Part shown: piece by piece, positions 1-7,936 of the stretch
Numbering within the stretch: the first letter of the stretch is position 1
Layout of the letters: each line of letters opens with the position of its first letter
The notes under the pieces: generated by a model
Seen by the model: only the letters and a program-made list of their open reading frames with translations
Told to the model about the DNA's origin: nothing
The model's database searches: none
Program-made: the position numbers and the translations under genes
Source: Dehalococcoidia bacterium
GTDB taxonomy: Bacteria; Chloroflexota; Dehalococcoidia; SHYB01; SHYL01
Direction of reading: 5' to 3'
NCBI GenBank assembly: GCA_009692825.1
Contig: SHYL01000002.1
Location: 1 to 58,990 of the forward strand
DNA length: 58,990 nt

Positions 1-1
1 A

Positions 2-283
2 ATTGAGATAGGCGGACCGGAGCATATGACGTATGAAGAAACGATGGATATGATTGCTTCCACTTTAGGCAAAAAACGTTTGAAAGTTCACGTTCCAATT
101 CCACTGACGACGCCCGTAGTTAAATTGATGGGGGTTATTCTGTCACGACCACCTCTGACCAGCCACCAGCTCAAAATGCTGGAACTGGACAACATCACCG
201 CCCTGGATTCCGTGAAGCGAAACTTTGGCTTTGAGCCAAAGCCTATCTCAGAAATCATAGGTTACTTAAGAAAAGCATCCTGA
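2..283 (+). CDS. SDR/NAD(P)-binding epimerase-family protein, C-terminal fragment (5' end lies outside the window)
   Basis: The frame is open from nt 2 (IEIGGPEHMTYEET...). The tail resembles NmrA/NDUFA9-like SDR proteins. The stop lies 11 nt before folC. Confidence 0.55.
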   Translation: MEIGGPEHMTYEETMDMIASTLGKKRLKVHVPIPLTTPVVKLMGVILSRPPLTSHQLKMLELDNITALDSVKRNFGFEPKPISEIIGYLRKAS

Positions 284-294
284 CAGGGAAACCT

Positions 295-1656
295 ATGAAT
301 TTTAATGAAGCAGAACGCTATGTACTCCGCCTCGTAAACTACGAGCAAACGTCTCCCGCGGCTTATTCCGCTGAGCATTTCAATCTTAAGCGAATGGTCT
401 CATTGATGGCCAAGCTGGGCAACCCGCACATTGGACCTTTAACGGTCCATGTTGCCGGTACCAAGGGTAAAGGCAGCTGCTCAGCGATGAGCGCATCAAT
501 ACTCAGGACGACAGGCTTTAAGACGGGACTGTATACGTCGCCTCACCTACTTTCGATCTGTGAGAGGATGAAGATTGACGACAGAAACATAAGTCAGGCG
601 TCATTCGCCCGGATAGCTTCCCTTATCAGCCCCTTTGTAGAAAAGACAAACAAAGAAGGTATGGAGAATGTAACTACATTCGAAATGTTAACTGCGATGG
701 CTTTCGTGTGGTTCCATGAAAATCATGTTGAAGCGCAGGTGCTTGAAGTTGGCCTTGGCGGCCGGCTTGATGCAACGAATGTCTGCCAACCAGACGTATG
801 CATCATCACATCGTTAAGCCTGGACCATACGGACGTCCTGGGGTCGGCACTTTCAGCAATAGCGCGCGAAAAAGCCGGCATTATCAAACCCGGAGTTCCG
901 GTTGTGTCGTCCCCACAACAACCAGAAGCGCTTGCGGAACTGGAGCAAGTCGCTAAACAGAAACGATCAACGTTAACTAGGGTAGAAGACTTAGTGTCCT
1001 GGGAGCCGCTTGAGGCTACTGTAAAAGGCCAGAGCTTTTCACTGATCAAAAAAAGTGTGAAGCGCAAGTTCTGGATCCCACTGCTCGGCAGACACCAGAT
1101 CGAGAATGCCTCAACAGTTATCGAAGCTATGACAATCCTGTCAGCAAAGAATAAGAAGGTAACGCAGGAAGCCATCTCGGAAGGTCTAAAAAGCGTAAAG
1201 TGGCCGGGAAGGCTTCAAATCATCTCAGAAAAACCTTATGTCGTCCTGGATGGAGCGCATAACGACTATTCCATGGGATGTTTGGTAGATTCAATCGAGC
1301 AATACTTCAAACACAAAAAGGTAATAACAATCGTTGGTTTCTCAGCAAATAAAAATATCGAAGGAATGGCTAAACAGATCAAGCGGTTTGATGGCCAGGT
1401 TTTTGTTACCAAATCAACTCACCCCAGGGCCGCGGATTTAACACAGGTTAAATCTTTCTTCTCTAAACAGGGGATAAAAGTGACTAAGTTCGACGATATT
1501 CGAAGCGCATTTGCAACCGCCAGCAAAAAGGCTAAAAAGGACGACCTGATACTGATAACTGGGTCGTTGTTTATAGTAGCAAACGCGATGGGTATTGGGA
1601 GGCCAAAATACGACGCATTAGCAGTTAGCCCTAAGAAGAAAACATCTGCTATTTAA
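295..1656 (+). CDS. folC: Bifunctional folylpolyglutamate synthase / dihydrofolate synthase
   Basis: 453-aa ORF with the Mur-ligase P-loop GTKGKGS, the DGAHN motif, and a FolC-like layout throughout. Confidence 0.9.
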   Translation: MNFNEAERYVLRLVNYEQTSPAAYSAEHFNLKRMVSLMAKLGNPHIGPLTVHVAGTKGKGSCSAMSASILRTTGFKTGLYTSPHLLSICERMKIDDRNISQASFARIASLISPFVEKTNKEGMENVTTFEMLTAMAFVWFHENHVEAQVLEVGLGGRLDATNVCQPDVCIITSLSLDHTDVLGSALSAIAREKAGIIKPGVPVVSSPQQPEALAELEQVAKQKRSTLTRVEDLVSWEPLEATVKGQSFSLIKKSVKRKFWIPLLGRHQIENASTVIEAMTILSAKNKKVTQEAISEGLKSVKWPGRLQIISEKPYVVLDGAHNDYSMGCLVDSIEQYFKHKKVITIVGFSANKNIEGMAKQIKRFDGQVFVTKSTHPRAADLTQVKSFFSKQGIKVTKFDDIRSAFATASKKAKKDDLILITGSLFIVANAMGIGRPKYDALAVSPKKKTSAI

Positions 1657-1663
1657 GCTTTTG

Positions 1664-1921
1664 CTAGACCTTCTGTGAAATCATCTCAGAAAGAATATTT
1701 TCTACAGCCATTACGTGACTGCAAACACTCTGAAGTTGAAAGAAGTAACACGAGCATTCCCATTTACTGTTTGTGAGAGTAAGCGTGTAGTTGTCGTGTT
1801 CGCCGCGGCAAGTTGCCTGGAGTCCTGAAATCTTGAGCCGATCCGTTAAATCAATCAGTTTTCCGCCAAAAGTTGCGTAGAAATCATCAGCTACTAGAAG
1901 ACGTACAGGAATAGAATGCAT
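1664..1921 (-). CDS. SWIM zinc-finger domain protein (small)
   Basis: CxC...CxH signature: WECSCYFFQLQSVCSHV. The maximal ORF runs to 1957, but the Met at 1921 avoids overlap with the divergent gene. Confidence 0.55.
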   Translation of the reverse strand: MHSIPVRLLVADDFYATFGGKLIDLTDRLKISGLQATCRGEHDNYTLTLTNSKWECSCYFFQLQSVCSHVMAVENILSEMISQKV

Positions 1922-1931
1922 ATGAACAGTA

Positions 1932-2168
1932 ATGCCGAATAAAAAAGAAGACCGCAACGAATTTTTGTACCTGGCAACCGCACCAAATCAGATAATTGCG
2001 GAAATGTGGGTGCAGATGCTAAAGCAGCAAAATATACCCTCATACTTCCGAAGCTCTAGCGCGCAATCTTACCTTGGAAGCAGCTTTACTCCGTGCCAGG
2101 TAATGGTAAGTAAATCAAAGCTATCTGAAGCAGAGACTCTGATCCAGTCAATCCAGCAGCACGGTTGA
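1932..2168 (+). CDS. DUF2007-like small protein (putative signal-transducing protein fold)
   Basis: 78-aa ORF. Its pattern (LYLATAPNQIIAEMWVQMLKQQNIPS ... VMVSKSKLSEAETLI) is typical of DUF2007. Confidence 0.5.
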   Translation: MPNKKEDRNEFLYLATAPNQIIAEMWVQMLKQQNIPSYFRSSSAQSYLGSSFTPCQVMVSKSKLSEAETLIQSIQQHG

Positions 2169-2696
2169 TGGCTGAGAAGTATTCCCCATACCTTCCAGTT
2201 TCAATAGTCTGCGCTTCATAGGCAGACCGCCACCGTAGCCACCAAGGCCTCCGTCACTCCTGAGGATTCTGTGGCACGGCACCACAACCGCTATCGGATT
2301 ACTGCCAAGAGCATGACCAACTGCGCGCATAGCGAGAGGACTACAAATTTTGCCAGCTATCCACGAATAGCTCCTTTGTTCACCATACGGGACTTCCATT
2401 GCAGCCTTCCAGACTTCACGCTGGAATTGAGTACCAAGGGAAAGGTCCACAGTAATGTCAAAGGATTTTCTTCTGCCTTCAAAATATCCATTAACCTGAC
2501 CTGCCAGAGACGGGTTACGAACAATCGCCAGATCCAACACTTTTGTTTGATCAGCCAGAGACTCTATCGCATCTTTCCGTGTATCTTGAGGCAATGTTAA
2601 AGCCACGAGCCCTGAATCGCCGAAAGTAGAGGCTACCCATCCCCATAACGTTTCAAAAACTGAACTTTTTAATTGGCTTTTAATAGAATGTGTCAT
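2148..2696 (-). CDS. ogt: Methylated-DNA--protein-cysteine methyltransferase
   Basis: Active-site motif PCHRILRSDGGLGGYGGG. The start ATG overlaps the upstream stop as TAATG. Confidence 0.9.
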   Translation of the reverse strand: MTHSIKSQLKSSVFETLWGWVASTFGDSGLVALTLPQDTRKDAIESLADQTKVLDLAIVRNPSLAGQVNGYFEGRRKSFDITVDLSLGTQFQREVWKAAMEVPYGEQRSYSWIAGKICSPLAMRAVGHALGSNPIAVVVPCHRILRSDGGLGGYGGGLPMKRRLLKLEGMGNTSQPSTVLLD

Positions 2697-5197
2697 TATT
2701 TTTTGTTCTCCGGCTGGCGCTTCTTAAATGAAAGGCTCGGTAACTTCGGCCTCATTGCAGAAATGAACATAAAGAAAAGCCTGCGTTGAAGTGGCTGCCA
2801 TCTCGCTTTCAATTCAATCTCGTCGGCAGCATTGATAACCCCTCTCCCATACCTGGATTTCGTATAAGAAGAGCTGATTTTACCTATGCTCTCGCTGAAC
2901 TCCGGCAATACAGCGCTAAGCCGAGAACTGAATTCCGCAGGTGTGTTATTGCGGGCGGGCTTGTTACCACTATACGTAGCCAATCTGCACATCTTTTCGT
3001 AAGTTTGCGCTACAAGGGGTTGTCCACCAAGACCTCTTTGCAAGTAGACGATAAAAACAAGAAAAGAAATCGCCATAAGAGAAAATATGCCCAGGAGCGG
3101 CAAATAGACGTTTGACCAATCAAACCATTTCGAGAGACTTAGGGGTGTAGATAAGTTGGGGTCTTCTCCGCCGTTGAAGTCCTCAAGTGGAAATTCAGGG
3201 TCAGGCTCGCTTCCTACCCCTGACGTGCCTGAGTCTTCGGGTGCGGCTACTCTGGCTATAGGATTGTAAATTGGCGTTGGCTCGAAAGGCGTCCACCCGT
3301 AGCCGGGGAAATATACCTCTACCCAACCGTGAGCCTGTTTCTCACGCACTATGTATTGCTGGGTCGCCTCGTCAAATTCTCCAGTCGCATATCCAATGGC
3401 AATCCGCGCTGGAACGCCCGATGAGCGGAGCATAACAGTCATGGCCGATGCAAAATATTCGCTGTAGCCGCGCTTCAAAGTAAATAGAAAATGGTCTACA
3501 GCGTCTGCGCCAAATGGAGGCGCTTCTATATTGGTAGTGTATTCAAACCCTCTCAGATAACTCTCGATTGCTGCGGCTTTATCGTAAGGCGTTTTTGTAT
3601 CTTTCGTTACATCTCTGCTCAGTTGCCTTACTCTTTCAGGCACCGAGGATGGGAGAGCTAAATGACGACTCGCTACCCATTCAGGATAATTCGTGCCCGC
3701 TGCCCGTAATTGGTCTTCGCTTCCAAATGGAAATATCGATGTAATTGCATATGTTGCCTTTGGGTGCCCGACTGGCCGCAGCGCTATCACATCAGGCGCA
3801 ACATCCCTGGTGGTTACACGCAAACCGGTGATCTTATTTCCTTCCCGGCGAACACGCTGCAACACTAAAGATTCAGGCAATAACTCCTTGACATCACCGT
3901 CAGTCAATTTTGAGCGCTCACTCTGGGCAGACTGAACGACAGCAGCAAAAGCTCTCACACTAGGGGGCAAGCTAGTTGATGTTAAACTGGAAAAGTTAAA
4001 GTCATACGTGATTGGCGCAGGAACTTCCGCCAGCGTAACCGGCACTGAGCCAATCGGTGTGCCAGCTGAGAAGATTACGTCTGTATCGAATTCAACCGAG
4101 ATGCGCTGAGTGTATTGCGTCCCCTTTGGTTTATCCGCTACGACTGCGGCCGAAACTTCGCCAAGGGGCCGTATGAGATGCTCGCTGGACACCCAGCCCT
4201 GGCTGGTATAGACATCGTAGCTCTTGCCTCGCCAATAACCTGGCTGAGCTGATATCACCCTTAATGCTATCTGGTGGCCGAGGACTATAGAACCCTTCAG
4301 CGGTAAAGTAGCGCCAAAGTCATGGAGGGGAGACGGCTTCCTAGGCGGGAGAGAAGCGAATGTCCTTCCAAGTTTCTGCTCAACGCTAGTCCATGGCTCT
4401 CTGCTTTTTTCCCATAGATCGTTTGCCGTCCCCAGAGTCCACCTGTGCGCGGGCAGCACAGCGGACAACGAAACGAGGATGAGAATGAACCAAAAAGCGT
4501 CGTGTAAGGCGAAAAACCCGTGATGCGGTCTGGATTCTACATGACCCTTTTTCCACGTTTCTTCTTGTTTTAGAAAATTTACCCTTGCCAAAAACAGCAT
4601 GGATGTGAAAAAGAACAGGAAACCCCATATGTAATAGGAGGAAGGTAGATAGCTGAGGTTTGTAAGGACTGCGAGTCCAACCAATATGACGCCCGGCCAC
4701 GGATTGCGCTGCCTGAATGTGTACCAGGCCGTGAAATAGCTTATCAACCATGTAACTATAGCCAGAACATAGGCAAATATTATGAAATCTGTATTGATGC
4801 CGCCTGACCTTACGGCATCCATCCACTTATCGAGCCTATCGATGAAAACACTAAGCTTTTCACTTAGGCTGCCTGTCTCGATTAGGGATAGCGTGCGCCA
4901 GGTTGTAAATACTAAGCCAAGACCCAAACCGAGGATATGCAAAAAGAGCGCGTGAATTTTTACCTTCGCCATTGCCAGACCCGCCACTGCGCCGAAAGTG
5001 GCAACAGCCCAAAGATCTGGAGAATCTGGAACCCACTCACCCCGCTCAACACCGCCAACCATTACCAGCAGCGTAATAAGAAGAATTATGAAAGTAGTCC
5101 AGCCTTCACTGGGCGTAACGCGGTTTATGCTCGCCGCGAGCCTGTATATAAATCCAGCATGGGAACGCTGGTCAGCGGGTATGTTGAAGCTTGCCAT
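2696..5197 (-). CDS. Transglutaminase-like multi-pass membrane protein (TgpA-like; nucleophile position is Ser)
   Basis: 833 aa with an N-terminal block of TM helices and a TGase core: KRGYSEYFASAMTVMLRSSGVPARIAIGY ... AHGWVEVYFPGYGWTPFEPT. Confidence 0.85.
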   Translation of the reverse strand: MASFNIPADQRSHAGFIYRLAASINRVTPSEGWTTFIILLITLLVMVGGVERGEWVPDSPDLWAVATFGAVAGLAMAKVKIHALFLHILGLGLGLVFTTWRTLSLIETGSLSEKLSVFIDRLDKWMDAVRSGGINTDFIIFAYVLAIVTWLISYFTAWYTFRQRNPWPGVILVGLAVLTNLSYLPSSYYIWGFLFFFTSMLFLARVNFLKQEETWKKGHVESRPHHGFFALHDAFWFILILVSLSAVLPAHRWTLGTANDLWEKSREPWTSVEQKLGRTFASLPPRKPSPLHDFGATLPLKGSIVLGHQIALRVISAQPGYWRGKSYDVYTSQGWVSSEHLIRPLGEVSAAVVADKPKGTQYTQRISVEFDTDVIFSAGTPIGSVPVTLAEVPAPITYDFNFSSLTSTSLPPSVRAFAAVVQSAQSERSKLTDGDVKELLPESLVLQRVRREGNKITGLRVTTRDVAPDVIALRPVGHPKATYAITSIFPFGSEDQLRAAGTNYPEWVASRHLALPSSVPERVRQLSRDVTKDTKTPYDKAAAIESYLRGFEYTTNIEAPPFGADAVDHFLFTLKRGYSEYFASAMTVMLRSSGVPARIAIGYATGEFDEATQQYIVREKQAHGWVEVYFPGYGWTPFEPTPIYNPIARVAAPEDSGTSGVGSEPDPEFPLEDFNGGEDPNLSTPLSLSKWFDWSNVYLPLLGIFSLMAISFLVFIVYLQRGLGGQPLVAQTYEKMCRLATYSGNKPARNNTPAEFSSRLSAVLPEFSESIGKISSSYTKSRYGRGVINAADEIELKARWQPLQRRLFFMFISAMRPKLPSLSFKKRQPENKK

Positions 5198-6422
5198 CTC
5201 TGGTAACCTCTACCCTTGCTTGATATACAGCAGATTCCAATGTCTTACCGAATATGTCCCCTTGCTTGATCGTATATACGGGTGAGCCCAGTGCTGAGAG
5301 CCATTTGCTAGAAGTATCTACCGCATCCTTATCCAGTTTCTTTGCGAATGAGAACACATCGAGAATTATCACGGAAGATTTAATCCCCCTGCTTGATAAC
5401 TGAGACAAGACAGACCCCAACTTCTCTGTAGGGTTTGGAGTCAGGATGACGAGAGAAGATGCCGTTCCAAACCTGCCCACGTTTGACTCAACACTCTCTG
5501 GCAGCCCCAGTTTCCCATCAGCCTTTACAACAGCTAGGCTCTCCATGATGTGGTCCAAATGCTGCTGGCCGCGCTCAGACCGTACGATTAAGGCTTCTTT
5601 CGCGCTGAGCAATATTCCTACAGGCACGTCCTGGGACAGGAATTTGTTTGCCAGTGAGGCAGCTATCGTTACCGCATATTCTTCTGTACTTTCCACACCT
5701 TCCCCTGCCTGAACGCTTTGCTCCATGTCTACTACGATCCACATGTCACTTGCAGGTTCCAGGTCAAACTCTTTTGTCATTAGCCTGCCTGTGTGCGCAG
5801 TACTTGACCAGTGAATCCTGCTCAGATTGTCTCCCGGCGAATATTCGCGCACCGAGGAAGCGCTCGGCGTGTTATGTGGTATCGAGCGGCGAGTTGGAGC
5901 TTCACCGGCACGCTTTGTCCGCGGCAAATAGAAATACGGCAGATCTACGACTGCAGGGTAAACCAGGAGACGCTGAGCTTTCCCGAACGTCTTGCTCAAT
6001 CGAAAAATTCTGAAAGGGTCGCTGGCCGTTGCAACTAACGGACCTACGGTAAATTCGCCCCTTCGGGTGCATTGGACTCTGCTCAACCATGTCCTGTAAC
6101 CCTTAGCGCCCAGGCTAATTACACGTCCCGTCTGAAACCCGGGAAGATCAGTTTTATCCTCAACCTCAAACCATGGTTTCGGGAATAACCACAGGTTATT
6201 AACAGAAATACGCTCCTCGATTTGCTCACCGACCGTGGAATTCCTGAAGCGTCTTTCTACGACCACATTTATGCCGCGGAGTATGTAGTGGGACCATATA
6301 AAACCGAATACAAGTAAGAGGGCAAGTAAGTACGAAAAGCGATAAAGTAACGTGAAGCCCGAGCCAATAGCATATGCAAGGGATACTAGAAGTATCACTA
6401 CGACGAGGATTAGCCTGGCCAC
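5172..6422 (-). CDS. DUF58 domain protein (MoxR-associated)
   Basis: 416 aa with two N-terminal TM helices and the DUF58-type motif YSPGDNLSRIHWSSTAHTGRLMTKEFD. It overlaps the TGase start by 26 nt. Confidence 0.8.
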   Translation of the reverse strand: MARLILVVVILLVSLAYAIGSGFTLLYRFSYLLALLLVFGFIWSHYILRGINVVVERRFRNSTVGEQIEERISVNNLWLFPKPWFEVEDKTDLPGFQTGRVISLGAKGYRTWLSRVQCTRRGEFTVGPLVATASDPFRIFRLSKTFGKAQRLLVYPAVVDLPYFYLPRTKRAGEAPTRRSIPHNTPSASSVREYSPGDNLSRIHWSSTAHTGRLMTKEFDLEPASDMWIVVDMEQSVQAGEGVESTEEYAVTIAASLANKFLSQDVPVGILLSAKEALIVRSERGQQHLDHIMESLAVVKADGKLGLPESVESNVGRFGTASSLVILTPNPTEKLGSVLSQLSSRGIKSSVIILDVFSFAKKLDKDAVDTSSKWLSALGSPVYTIKQGDIFGKTLESAVYQARVEVTRDGKLQHTR

Positions 6423-6445
6423 GGTTAGCGACCTCTCACTTCTAA

Positions 6446-7405
6446 TTATCTTCGGCTAACACGAACTCCAGGTACCGGCACTGTATCCAGTATCTCTTTA
6501 ACAACGCTTATCCCGGATACATCGCGCATCCTGCTGGAAGGGCTGATGATGATTCGGTGAGCTAGTACGTTAGGGGCGAGAGTCTTAATATCGTCTGGTA
6601 AAACGAAATCACGTCCCTGCATCATCGCTCTCGCCTGTGATGTGTGGAACAAGGCAAGCGAACCGCGAGGGGAAGCACCAAGGTAAACTCCGGAATGTTT
6701 CCTGGTAGCGTCGACAATATCGACTATATATTCCTTCATGAGAGGGTCAACAAAAATCCCTTTAACGGATTCCTGAAGACTCACCATCTCTTCAGGGGAA
6801 GCTACCTGGCGTAAGCTCTCGATCGGATGTACCTTCTGCTGGCCATCGATGATGGCTATTTCATCCGTCTTATTCGGATAGCCAAGGGATATCCTCATGA
6901 TAAATCGGTCGAGCTGCGCCTCTGGTAATGGGTACGTTCCCTCATATTCGATGGGATTCTGAGTGGCAAGCACCAGGAAAGGGTTGGGAAGCTGGTATGT
7001 CCTTCCATCCACCGTCATCTGTCTTTCTTCCATTGCTTCTAACAGTGACGATTGGGTTTTAGGCGTAGCGCGATTTATTTCATCCGCCAGGACTATTTGA
7101 GCCATTATGGGGCCGTGACGAAATTCGAATTCGCCCGTTTTCTGGTTATAGATCGATACGCCGGTGACATCGCTGGGCAAAAGGTCAGGAGTAAACTGAA
7201 CTCGTCTGAAAGTACAGCCTATTGAACGAGATAGGCTCTTCGCGAGCATCGTCTTACCGACCCCCGGTACGTCTTCTATAAGGACATGCCCCTGGGACAA
7301 CATGGCGACCAGGGCAAGCTCAACTTCTTTGGACTTGCCAACTATTACCCGCTCAACGTTCTCGCTGATTCGGTGTGCTACCGCTTTGGGATCAGCCAAA
7401 TTCAC
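6446..7405 (-). CDS. MoxR-family AAA+ ATPase
   Basis: Walker A is EDVPGVGKT and Walker B is VLADEINRA. The maximal ORF reaches 7459, but the GTG/TTG at 7405/7399 after GGGGG fits MoxR N-termini better. Confidence 0.9.
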   Translation of the reverse strand: MNLADPKAVAHRISENVERVIVGKSKEVELALVAMLSQGHVLIEDVPGVGKTMLAKSLSRSIGCTFRRVQFTPDLLPSDVTGVSIYNQKTGEFEFRHGPIMAQIVLADEINRATPKTQSSLLEAMEERQMTVDGRTYQLPNPFLVLATQNPIEYEGTYPLPEAQLDRFIMRISLGYPNKTDEIAIIDGQQKVHPIESLRQVASPEEMVSLQESVKGIFVDPLMKEYIVDIVDATRKHSGVYLGASPRGSLALFHTSQARAMMQGRDFVLPDDIKTLAPNVLAHRIIISPSSRMRDVSGISVVKEILDTVPVPGVRVSRR

Positions 7406-7474
7406 ACCCCCTGGTTCATGTCTAAAGCTAACGATAAACGCTTGGAATTGCCAGCACATTCTACTTGAAATGCC

Positions 7475-7521
7475 TATTTCAAATAAAGTGACGTGCTTGA
7501 AAGACTATTCAAGCACGTCAC
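7475..7521 (-). terminator. Perfect 14-bp hairpin plus T-rich tract (terminator-like, minus orientation) upstream of moxR
   Basis: GTGACGTGCTTGAA (7488-7501), a 6-nt loop, then TTCAAGCACGTCAC (7508-7521). On the minus strand it is followed by TTTATTTGAAATA. Confidence 0.4.
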
Positions 7522-7606
7522 CAGAGAAATGCCGCTTAGTTTATATATTCTTACGGTTATCATGGCCGTTTGGATGTAACAAAAGTTTTTCGGCTTAGCT
7601 CTAAAT

Positions 7607-7635
7607 CTTGCAATGGTTGACAGCATTAAGTAAAC
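7607..7635 (+). promoter_or_regulatory. Candidate sigma70-type promoter for the ilv-leu leader
   Basis: TTGCAA (7607-7612), 17 nt, TAAACT (7630-7635), about 12 nt before the Stem I base. An alternative TTGACA lies at 7616-7621. Confidence 0.35.
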
Positions 7636-7647
7636 TTGTTGTTACTG

Positions 7648-7905
7648 CATAGATGGGGAGTAGTAAGTACTGCCATGCCAATAGCGAGCTGGAGCAGGTG
7701 GAAGCCAGCGGTAGCGCACCCTGAACTCGCCCCGGAGCTATCGAACTGAAGCATAATGCCCAGCCAGTGTAAGTGGCAGTTGTAAGGGCGCCTAGGTTCG
7801 GTCGGCGCGTCCGATATCACGCAATGAAGCGCCCCGAACTTTCGGGGAATTAGGGTGGTACCGCGGGTTTAATCCCGTCCCTTGTCGGGATGGGATTTTT
7901 TATTT
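7648..7905 (+). promoter_or_regulatory. T-box leader riboswitch, Leu specifier (CUC), with intrinsic terminator
   Basis: - T-box sequence AATTAGGGTGGTACCGCG at 7848-7865.
- Terminator stem 7871-7881/7887-7897 followed by a T run.
- Stem I base ATAG..GGGG pairs with CCCC..CTAT.
- AGTA and GAA-CTC-G specifier-loop elements are present, with CUC at 7726-7728. Confidence 0.85.
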
Positions 7906-7936
7906 CCAAAAAATTCCCAAGTAAATGGAGCAGGAT

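Noticed and set aside
7626-7820. 64-aa minus-strand ORF in the ilv upstream region, and likewise 20904-21092 and 21067-21330 upstream of trpE
   Set aside because: These regions are fully explained as structured T-box leader RNAs on the plus strand. The ORFs are antisense to conserved RNA elements.
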